A stretch of DNA of 64,000 nucleotides from Mytilus trossulus (taxonomy: Eukaryota), in NCBI RefSeq assembly GCF_036588685.1, contig NC_086375.1:56978001-57042000 (forward strand), in the 5' to 3' direction. Below, piece by piece: positions 14,501 to 26,500 of this stretch (its first letter is position 1; every line of letters begins with the position of its first letter). The notes under the pieces were generated by a model. The model was not told where the DNA came from. It did not search any database and saw only the letters and a list, made by a program, of their open reading frames with translations. Made by a program: the position numbers and the translations under genes.

Positions 14501-17500
14501 TATAATTCTTTATTTCTCGAATGTCTAGTTGCATTGTTTTTACATAGAATGTCTTCTTAACTTGTAAATAGACATTTGTTGCTCTCCTTAAAATTTATAT
14601 ATATACATATCATTAAATCAAATCAATACAGTTTTACATTCCCAAACACAATCATAATACATGTACTGGTGCGTGGATCCTTAAATTAACATGTTTATTT
14701 TCTTTTCTTAACACTTTAAATACTGTATGAAAAGCAGGGTGAAAACAAAACAAGTACATGATGAATATTAACAGTAGTAAACATTGTGATTAAGTACAAC
14801 ATATGAATATTAGGATAATCCCAAAGTAAGAATTGGGTGGAGCATATAGAAAATAAATTTATCAAAAATATTGTACACACAGTAAAACAAGTAAACAATG
14901 TAAAGTAAAAAACAGTTATCAAAATACATGAAAATCATAGTAATTCAAACAAATGTAAACAAATTTATCAAAATACATGTAGTTTATAACAAATGCAAAA
15001 TCAAAAACATGGTAAATGGAGGAAGATTATAATATAAACAGCAAATTTGGTACTTCAATCATAAATGAATATGACAATCACATTTATTCAGTACATAAAA
15101 TACAAATTAAAATATAAAATTGACATCATTGTACAAATGTCTCTTTTGTGATCATGACGTTATCAGACTACAACAAGTTAATTCAAGACAATGTGATTTT
15201 TTATTTGAGAGGACTTTTACTCATTATGCTTAAAGTAAGATTAAAACATCATAAACAATTTTTGCAAATACTGCCCTCAATATCAACATGATCAATGAAA
15301 TATATACGAGATATGGAATATCACTAGGGTTGATGATGATTGGAACATAAAAGACACAAATTGTAAACATTTAACATTGCAATTTGTAATAATTAACATC
15401 ATGAATGGATGAAAAAAGCCTACACTATCTTGATGTACATAAAAAATGATTATTTGTTTGATTCAGTGCCTTTCTTTCTCCCTCTGCCCTGTCCCCGACC
15501 TCTGCCCCTGCCCCTTGTTTCAACTCTTTCTTTTGGATTAACTCTGTTTTTCCTAACCCATATACGTTTTTTTATATCTGCTATTCTGTCTTTGTCCAAA
15601 GCAATTGCATTTTCACCAGATACAAAAGCTTCTCCCAATTCCTTCCTTTGGGATTCACCTAAGCCTATACCTGGCAAAAATGAGAACTGCTCTGGTGCTT
15701 TCAGGGGAGAAGGTTCTACAGCTTGTTTTTTAACAGTAGATTTGTTCAATTTCAGGAGCAATGATTCTCTTCTTGTCTCTATCATTCCGTCTTTAAAATC
15801 AAGAAGACTCTCATTTTCTTTGAATTTTTTGATGAAATCGTCTGTACCTGTATAGTGGACCTCTCCATTTTCCCTTTTTATTAGGCAGAAGTAAGCTAAT
15901 CTCTCTGCCCCAACTGATGCATTTGTTAACTTGTCAAAAATTTTAAGATTTCGGTCAAAATGCTTCCTTTTTCTATCCTTCTCTCTTCTTTCCATCTGCG
16001 TGGGCGTACCATTTTGTTTGCTCATAAACTTGCCCTTTTGGTTTCTTTTTCTTCCTGTCAAATGACAAGAAGTTAAAAGTGTTATCATTCCATCAAAATG
16101 GTATCATAATTATTTAAAAAGTTTATATAAACAAATGATAAAATGGACAATACATATACATATTAATTTTATACCAGTTTGTTAAGATTGAGTTGTTGTT
16201 TCTACTTATCAAATGTGTTTTTAATAAAGTTATCATCTCTCTAACTTAGTATGTTTTTTTCTAATGAAAAATAAAATAGATTATAGCTACATGTACAACC
16301 AACAGATCTGACAGCTACACAAGGTGTTGGTGTAACCATATAGATCTTGAAATGTAATAATTATTCAAATTGGTACTCAGTTCATTTGCAACACTCATAA
16401 CTAAAAGAAAGTTTAGCGCTTCAATACTGAAAAATTATGTAATCAGTCATGGTTTGCACTATTGTTTAGAACATAAATTGTTGGTTTTCTTGTTTGGAAC
16501 ACATCATTTTGGGGTCTTTCCAGCGTGCTAGGTGGAAGAATCTTTTGCTCCATGTTGAAGGTAGAAGTGACCTATAGCTGTGTACATCATTTGGTCTCTT
16601 GCAGAGAGTTGTCTCATTGGCAATCAGACCACATTCTTTTCATTTTTAAAATATGTACTTACTTGGACTTGGTGTTTTTGAGGTTGATGGCACTTCTTCT
16701 ACTGCATCTAACATAAAGGTTGATGGTGTTGGTATAACTGGACTCAACTCTTCAGGCATTACGTCATCTCCTAAGTCCACCTCATTACTATCAACTATGT
16801 CAATAGAAATCGGCATAATGGTAGATTCTCCTCCTAAAGTATCAACAGCCAAGTCATGAAGAGAAGGTGCATCTAGATCTTCGTCATTTACTGTGTCCAT
16901 AGCTATATTATTTAGGTGGATATCTATAATATTGCCTTCATTTTGTAACCCATCATCTTCTGCAAACACTGTTCATAAAGAAAATAAAAGTACAAAAAGT
17001 CAATAAATGTTTTGTCTCAATTTGTAAACATGACGTTTTCCCTGTTTTAGTATTATGGCTTCTTATATTCATATTGTAGTTGCCATTTATCAGGTTGAGG
17101 AGGGCCCAAGGCACAGAATATGGACATTTATTATAACTGCAATTAATATGATAAACATGATCAATATCTGAGATTTATACTTTACTAGTCATGATAGTGG
17201 CAACATTAATGAAACAGAAAGATGCCATGAATTAAGAACATTTTCATCATAAATTAAATTCAAAAATGTTTAATATTTACTATATATGATAAATTCAAAA
17301 CAGATTGTATTAGACATTGATAAAGAAGTTGAACTTTCGCAATCTTACCTAAATAATTTTCCTGATTTTCTGCTGCAATCACAAGGTTATAAATAGGGTC
17401 ATCAATTCCTTCTGAAAACAGTAAAATTTATTAATCAGCTGATTGAAAAAATGGATCAATTATGCATGCTACAGTCAAATTATTTCTTCTAATTCGAAGA

Positions 17501-20500
17501 TGCAATTATTAGTAATTTTTTAAGCATGCAATCAGGCAACTGTACGTGTACAAAAATCATGCAATTATCAATATTTTGTTCCTTAATAAATAAAGTTGTT
17601 AAATTATCATACAAATGGTAGTGTCATCTAAATTTAAAAAAAAAATAACGTTCATTTCAAAGTTCTCCCTAGATAAAAGAGTCCAGCAAAGTTCTAAAAC
17701 ACATTTAAATTGGTGTCTCGATTTTAACATGGGATAAAATTTAGTGAGCTTTACATACCACACTAGCATTATAAGTTCTCCAACTCTTCATTTAAGAAAT
17801 TACTATCCCCATCTACACTGTCAAGATAAGCAGCAGCAGTTGATATTTCCTCCAAAAACTTTATATGATCCTCCTTCCGAGTGGTTTTACTTCTTATCAT
17901 TTCCCTATATAAATCAAGGAACATGAGCTTATTAATTTCATCAAGATCATCAATTGTATCTAAAATTTTGTTGTCAATCTCTTGAATTGTAAGTGAATCA
18001 ACAGACAAATATTTTTCTCTCTCTGATGGAAGAATGTAGACAGGATGGTGAATGGATGGATCATTTGGTGGTGGCTGATGTAAAAGCATATCCATTATTC
18101 GATAACCTCTCTTTCTATTTGATTCTCTTGTAAAATACAACAGTTCTTGATCTAGAATATCAGCTGAAATTGATGTTAATACTGGTCCATGTTTTTGGTC
18201 ACTTATATAACCAGTTTGTCGAAGGCGTAGTCTCCACTCATTTATAGGAGCTTCTAAATCTGGTTCTTTTCCATGCAAGTCCTCATATACGCTTCCTACA
18301 ATACTGGTTACAGATTTTTTAATCTGTTTCAGTGATTGATTATTTCTACAAGTTGACAACCATACTTTTTCAGTTGGAACACCTCGTTTCAACCATGTCT
18401 TTACAGATTTATTTTCTTCTTCAAGAATGAAGTCAAACCCTTGACCTTTGCTCTTATTCCCTGATTTGGATAGACTACAGTGAGAGGCAAAATGTGTTTT
18501 TAGTTCAACTGGCATTAGCTGATGTACAAAATGATCAAATACTTCAATGTCTTGGTATTTGGGATGGTTCCTTCCATGAAAGAGCTCCTTACTCATAAAT
18601 TTTCCTGCTTGCAGAAGAATGTAATTGTTGCGTCTCACAGCCATTCTTATATTTATGATAGCTTGAGTATACCTACATACCATTTCAAATAGATACAGAT
18701 AATTCGCATTGTCACTTTTTGTCTTTACATATGAAATGTAGTCTTGAGGACTAGGATCATGCTTTTCATGTAGACATTTTTCAACATATGGCTTGACCAA
18801 CTCTAAAATTGTACCTAAATGAAATATCATGATGAGTTGCCATGTCTTGTGGTTGTCAGAACATGCCAATGCTGATTTCTGGGCCTTTTCAGATCTAAAT
18901 CCCATTACCTCAACTAATGATTTCATGCATACATTCCAGTTCAATTCCATAAAGCTCTTCATAAGGTTCATTTCATAATGACCATCACCACAAATAAGGA
19001 ATACCCAATCAAATTCTTGAACATATCGTGATCTTGTATTAGGATGTGCTTTGACTTCATGATCTTCAACATTCTTAATACCTAAAAATCCTTCTTCACA
19101 TTCTAAGCATACAAAGTACTCTTCAACAACTCTTCGTACCAATCCATGCGGAAGCCCATCACAGCAAACGAATGTCCAAAATCTTTTTGGGGTTTCATCA
19201 TCGTCTTTCAAATATTTAGAAATTCTTCCTTTTTTACCAATATGTCGTAGAACTAATACGATGCTGTCAATAGAATTGGGATTTACAAATACAGGATCCA
19301 ACAGACAAATTTCAGCTGGAATGTCATTATGTGAAGATTCAACATGGCTATATTTCTGTGGATTTTCAACAACTGGTTTGGAAATACCATACTCATTGAC
19401 AGTGCTTTTTCTTGAAAAGTGTTTCTGTTTGACACCATCAGTACTTTTAGTAGTCTTTGCTTCTATCAGCGCCTCATGACACTGTGAGCATTTTCTCTTG
19501 TTTTTCTCAAATAAGCAGCCACACCTTGGACATTTTTTATATTTCTGTTCTATCTCTAATTCAACAATAGTTTTGTCCACATGATCCTTCCATAGATTAT
19601 TTTCCTCGTCAAATATAACTTCCTCTGACACTTGTTGGATAGCTAAGTCCAATACATGATACAGTTCATTGTAGTGATTTTGCTTAATATCCGAATAAAA
19701 ATCTGTACTTGTATCTTGACTATCACCTGACTGACACATACTTTCTATAATGTTCTCTTTTCCTTCAGAAGTTATCCACTTTCCTGGTGTTAAACTTTCA
19801 TTCTGTTGAAGGTTTTTGTTTTCTGTTACCTTTATTGCAGCAACATTTGTAATTACAGACATTTTGACCTTATTATTAGCATTTATGTTCCAACTTCTCC
19901 CTATGACCTGTTCATTATCAAAAACGAATATTACATCCCCACTTGGACAATTGGTCTCTCTTCCAATATTTATATCTGAAACAAAATTATATACTGTGGC
20001 ATATTTTGCCCCTGGAATAGCAGTTCCCAAAACATTACAAGCCGTTTTGTTTTTGGTAAAGGAATAAACAACTAAGTTCTGCATAAAAGACCAGGCTCCA
20101 ATGAACTGAGGGTCGCATAAACGATAAATACTTTCAAGTACCGGAATGAAATTTTCTACTTTAATTGTTGTTGTTGTTTTTCCAGTGAGTGCCAAAACAC
20201 ATTGTATAACAAGCTGATCAAACTGATTAATGTACTCATTGATATCGATGCTCTCAAGTGTTTTCAGATTGTTGTAGGGAAAAGACTTTTGATGATTTTG
20301 TATAATATTTTTCATTTCCTGATTAGTATGAACATGTCCAATCATTTTAGCTATACATTCAAGTTTTTCAGATATTTCTAACGAGGAAAATAACTGTAAT
20401 AATTCATCCATAACATTGTCAGTAGAACATCCTGGATTGTTCGAACTGCAAATTTGACAATCAATGGAATGAGCATGGTACTGGTATAGTTTTATATTAA

Positions 20501-23500
20501 CTGTGGTATTGGAGCTTTTTTTCCGAGTAGATCTATATCTAAACAGAATGCTTCTACATGCATTACACAAAAAATCTGGATGAATCAAAGGGTCATCTTC
20601 ATGCAAACAGATATCAAATATATCCATTAGTTCCTGCGTAAATTTAAATTTTCCTACTCTTTTTTTACACTCAGTCTGCCTGCAACAGAGACGGCACAAA
20701 TTTTGAAGCCTTTTTACATGCTCTGAAATAAAAAAAGAATATTATAGGACAGTTGATATCAAGTGAACGCAAAAATTTTGAAGTCATTAATTTGTTTCTG
20801 AATTTATCACAGCTTAAAATTTACACTAAATATAAAAAATAGAAAATGTGGTATGATATCCAAGGATCCAAGATTGTTAATGTCAGCAATTATATATATA
20901 TCCGTATTGCCTTCAATGAAGAGCAAAAGCCCACACCTCATAGCAAGTTAAATTTTAAAAAATACTGGCCATGGCCATCTTATTTCTTCAAAAGAAATAA
21001 CCAATATCATAGATTTAAAACAAACCTTCTGTCTGTAAACTTATAAATTAATAAGAAACTAAGGTCTGGTTTTGTTAAGGGACTAAGGAAAAAAGTATAA
21101 TTGTCTTGGGGCCGGATTCAGAATAAAAGCAAAACTATCATTTGACTATGTAAAATGTAGGATTTTAAAAAAAAAAAAAATTTCGGGACAGACTATATGT
21201 GAACCAAATCTAGTTTAGTTAAAATTCACTACTTAAAATGCCAATAAAACTTAAGGGTCGACGTTTTGAGCATGTTGTTCCATTAAAAAAAATATGGTAC
21301 GCTTACGGAACACCAGTATACTTATTTTATTTCATCCTCCTTCATCAAAGTTCATTATAAACCATTGAATTTATGTATACTGGAGATAAATGGGCAATCA
21401 TTCATGTCAGACTGTTAAATCATGACAATTATGTTCTACATCTAAAATCCATGCGGGGTATTTAAGACATCATGCAAAACATGCAACTTGTACTTTCATT
21501 TGGTTTGGGGTGGGCTACATGCACTGTTTAAAATTCTGTACACAAAAGTAAATCTTAACAATTCTGACAATATCATACACTGAAAATGATAATTCATACT
21601 CACTTTTTAAGTAAAATTGTAAGACATAAATTGTGACAATTATTTGGGTTTCAGTGTGTCATACAATTTTTCTTCAAAATATTGAGGACAGATTATTTAT
21701 TAAAAATATATAGCTTTCAGACATTAAAGCCAAATTTGTATCTGTAACTTTGTGTATCATGTTTATTATCACATGCCTATTCAGAAAATGATCTGATAAG
21801 GACAAAAAACAAAAGTTGTGTTTACCATATGTAATGTAATCTGTTGAAAAAAAGGGATGTCACAGTAAGTCAATTTTTATTTTATTGAACATGTTGAATT
21901 GCTATTTAGTTTATTTATTGCATGTTTTAGTGTGTTATTGCAATATCAGATCCAGAACAGGTGAAACTGTTATATATATATAGAAGGGATAGGCAAAGAA
22001 CCCTTTAAATAAGTGAAATTCCGTTGAAATAAAATTTAAACGTCACGCAAAAAAGGGGGGTCCACCCAATCATGTCAATATAACAGCACATGTGGGTGAA
22101 AGACAACCAACAGAATCGTAAAGCAGACGGATGGAATTTCCATCCACTTTATGTATAAAATAATGGATGGATTTCCCATCCACTATTATTAACAAAGTGG
22201 ATGGATTTTCCATCAAATTTTGTCTATACGCTTTTTTAAAATAGGATGGATTTTCCATCCAAATTTCAACGATCGTTTTCATGTGGCAGAAATGCATCAG
22301 ACGTTCGGTCAACGTTCGGACATTTCCCGTTGATATTTTGGGTCATTAGGCTATTTTATCATTAAATGTATATCTTATGAATGAAAATATGCCTGTTTTT
22401 ATCATGAGGAAATATTTTGAGCTCCACAAATAGCTATATTCTTACCAGGTATGCTCGGATCGTTTTCAGGTTCAGTCGCCATTTTTCCGTGTTATTGTTG
22501 ATACGAAAATCACGTGATCGATGACAAAACCTCGTGATAACCTATGCTATTTTTACCACGGGATTTTCCTCTAAATTAACACCGATATGCAACGTACACG
22601 CTTAAAATATTCGATTTTCTTTAATACGCAGTATTGGATGGATTTAACATCCAAATATGAGGGATGGATTTCCATCCTAACCCTGACTGCTCAATGGATA
22701 ATAAACTACACAAGGATTCATAATGAGCTCTACTTCCTATGGGCAACTTCAAAACTTTTGGGAAAATCAACAATCATTTAAGGTTTTTCTTGTCATATTT
22801 TTTGTAATCCAGAATGAAAAGTATGAAAAAAACTGTCCAATAAGTTATAAATAATAAAGTAGCCAGCAAGATGATAACAATGGCACGTATTTCAGCATTT
22901 ATTGGGTAGCACACAAATCGAGGGTGCTCGCATAAGGCAGCTTAACTGCCTAAAAATGAGAGATATTTTGAATGCATTTTCCTGAAATTTGACCTGTCTT
23001 TAAAGTAAGTTATTTGAATTTTGACAAATGAATGTAGTTAAATGTCAATTATTTAAAACTTGTACTAAGATAAATAATTAATCAACAATCAAAACTAATT
23101 TTAATACCTATGTGATGTGATATCTGATGAAATTTTAAAACCTTGAGATCTATATAAAAATCTGATGACCTGATGGAAAAGATTTGATTAAGTAAGGTAT
23201 TGGTTTTGAATTCCTATTAATAGCCTATACACCTATTAGAAGAGTTCCAACAACATTATATCACATGCAATGAATTAGATAATAGTGTCCAACCTGATGA
23301 CATATTATTTCAACTTTGAAATTTATCAACAACTAAAATAATGCTATACTTCTGTGATTCTCTATCATAATTAACTCAATATAAATCAAGCTTTCTCCTT
23401 CTAAATTAGTGGCACAAAAAAATATACAGGACATTACCTCTAAAAAGTGTGTCAAAGCTTCCCCAGCTGTTGAGGTAGGTGGTGTAGCAAATAATGTAGC

Positions 23501-26500
23501 TGCTGCCTTCCTCTCTAACCAAGATAACATATAAACCTACAATCAAATGTAAACAGTAAGTATCCTTGTCTCAGGGGTTTAAGTGCTATTTTAAGAATAA
23601 AATTGAGAATGGAAATAGGGAATGTGTCAAAGAGACAACAACCTGACCATAGAAAAAACAACAGCAGGTCACCAACAGGTCTTCAATGTAGGGAGAAATT
23701 ACTAGTGTTGTTCCGATGATCGGAATAAGTCGGAAATCAGTTGGTTGGGACTGGCGATGTCGATAATCGATTGGGATTTTGTTCAATCGATTGTCGTTAA
23801 AGTTTCCGGACTTTGAGCTTGTCAACTTCCGGTCCGTTTATTGTTTGCATTTCATATGCGCAGTCAAACAATATTAACAAAAAATATCAGTCGATGACAG
23901 TAACAATGTCATACATCCTATAATTAAAGAAATAACTAATTTCCTTCGTTATAAACGTGACAAAAAGCATTTGCAGATTGATGGAATGGTATTTAAGATT
24001 AATAACTTTGTATGAAATACTTTCTTTCAATTACTTTCGAAATCATGAAAATACATGTATCATAAAAACATTTTATTAGGCTAATGATATGGTATCACAC
24101 AACACAATTATAGTTCAAATAAAGAAACAATTACAAGAATTATCAAGGTATAAATTCTAAAAATGTAATTGCATACAATTAACCCTAAACTACATGTAGT
24201 ATATAAAAAATCATCATATAACACTCTTATATTTAGGGTATGGGAGGGCGGGTTTATATTTTTCTCTTAAATCTATCGAAATCGTTGATCGACGCTTCAA
24301 CTCGAAAATAGATACAATTTATATATAAAAAAGAACTAAGTGTTTACCGTGTGAAAACCAATCTTGAAGTGAAAATTGCAGGTATGTAAATTCTTTCTCA
24401 GTAATTAATCATTTTTATTAAAATAAAAATTTCCAAATTCCGGTACTTGTTACTTGAGAGCGTACAAATAATTCTGATTTTAGACAAAATAATTCCGTTG
24501 CTTCATTAAAACGTGTTGCAAGTTGCCTTTTATTAATGTGTTATCCATTTGTAGCATCAAAAACGTCATATTCCTTTCCAGATTGCTTGCCAAACATCGT
24601 TTACTTTTGTAAATTTTCCGAAATTTGTTCGCCATTTATAAAAATATAACAATCACGAATCGGATACGGTTCAACTATGTAAAAATTCTGCATTCTTGCA
24701 ATTATAAGTTCAGACACACGAATGACACAATTGAAAGAAAATAATGATTACAAAAGTAATAAAAGCGTTCTACACGAATTAACAGACATTGGCTTAATAC
24801 CCATGTTTACTGTAAAATGCAAATGCATTGTTTTATTTTTTTCTGGTAATTTTAAATTTCTAAAAGTTAAAAAAAACTTTATATATCTTTTCCTAATTTG
24901 AAGCATCCAAATGTTCATACAGCTATGTTATTGAATTTGTTTTGCGAGTTTCACCATTTAAATTTAGAAATGTTAGCGTCACTGTTGGTAATTATGAGAT
25001 AAAATATGTTCAATATGAATCTTGATTCTTATTAATTCATTGTTTTAACTGCTAAATAGATAATTATCAAATGTACTAGAATTATAATTTAGTAGTAATT
25101 ATGCCAGAATATGAAATGGAAACAAAAGATCAAATATGAATACTGGTATATAAACTCTACAGTGATATGGATAGACACATTAGACAAGTACAATGAGACT
25201 AAATGCATGATTTCCTTTAAAAAAAAGAGGGCAAGGTGTTATGATCCGATTATAACCGATATTCGGTTGGTTGCTGTCAACCAATTGTAATAGATAATCG
25301 ATTGGTAATTTTTAATTGTACACAAGAAACTAAAATTAAAATAATACCAGACTAACAAAAGCCAGAGGCTCCCGAATTGGGACAGGCGTAAAAATGTCGA
25401 GGGGTTAAACATATTTATGAGATCTCAACCCTGCATTGTGACGTCACAATTTCCAATGAAAAAACATGCATATTGCGGTGAAGAGTGTGTTACTTACAAA
25501 TATTTGTCTTACAATGCATTTCTTCATGTTTTATGCCTCAAATAGCAAGTACAGGAAAGAAATTACATTGTACAAATTTGGGTCATCTTTTTTAAGGTGA
25601 AGTACAAATTTGGTTCAGTTGAAAAAAAGGTGAATAATATATGCATGTCACAGAAACAGTATTTAGCCATGTAATTTAAAAGAGTTACATTAACAAGATG
25701 TATCACATGCAAGGGAGGTAATATATATATCAGAAGTCGGTATTTTACAATTTATTTACAATGTAAACTATTTCATTATCAACTATCAACAATGTTATAA
25801 CTTACACCATAGCACCATCTCCCAAGTAAATGATGATTAGAAGGGTCTGTTTTGTTGAGTTCTATGGCTTTTTCTATATGCTCCTACAAAAAGTACAATA
25901 TACAGCCAAAAGGTTACAATAATTTCAGCAAATATTGATTATTATAAGATGCACATTCACTAAGTTAAACAAAATATTTTTCATTATGAACTGATTGTTT
26001 CTATACAGTTATTAATATAAGAAGGATAAAATAAATTACAACAACTCCAACCCACAGTGCTCCAACTAATATAACTAAGATGCAGAATATGGAGTGCAAT
26101 AAATTTAAACTACTGGTTTATTTCTTTTTAAAACTCATTTTAAACAATTTTAACATGTTAGTATTTTATTACATCTAATATTTAGTCAAAATAGCTATCT
26201 CACATGTCAAAACTGTAGTAAATCAAATCAGGTGTAGCTTGACCATGACTTTTTTATTTATCTTATACCTGGTGGTGGACAGCTTTAGCCTACATTGTAA
26301 ATCACATGTGGGTTTGCCACTTTAATATAATTCAGAAAAAATATTGAGATTTAGAATGAAAAATATATGCTGTACTAAAAACAATCTCTTGAAAAAAGAC
26401 AAAACTGTAAAGCAACAAACATTTTTATTATATTTCTCTTTTATTCAGATTCCTCCAAAGGCTTACCTTAAATGTATAACCATTCTTTATTTTGTTCTGT

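Larger units (their letters stand above)
13177..22689 (-). mobile_element. Putative autonomous cut-and-paste DNA transposon (9513 bp): RAG1-N/Academ-like transposase plus two accessory genes
   Basis: Perfect 28-bp TIRs CAGTCAGGGTTAGGATGGAAATCCATCC at 13177-13204 and its reverse complement at 22662-22689. 5-bp TSD CTCAA at 13172-13176 and 22690-22694. Three uninterrupted gene models inside. Lies in RMDN intron 6. Confidence 0.92.

Noticed and set aside
15409-15855. 148-aa + strand ORF (also 16653, 17744, 19261, 19816)
   Set aside because: Antisense shadows of the minus-strand transposon genes.
13177-22689. ProtoRAG/RAG1L-RAG2L transposon
   Set aside because: The 5-bp TSD, RAG1-like N-terminus and convergent genes fit. 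But the ends are CAG rather than CAC/RSS-like, RAG1 core motifs are absent, and the partner is HIRAN-like rather than kelch/PHD.
11184-22952. 11-bp inverted pair taggcagttaa / ttaactgccta as outer TIRs
   Set aside because: Short, with no matching TSD; may be chance.
23701-25320. Insertion interrupting a dispersed repeat, with CG-rich related ends
   Set aside because: No clear TIR, TSD or coding capacity could be defined.
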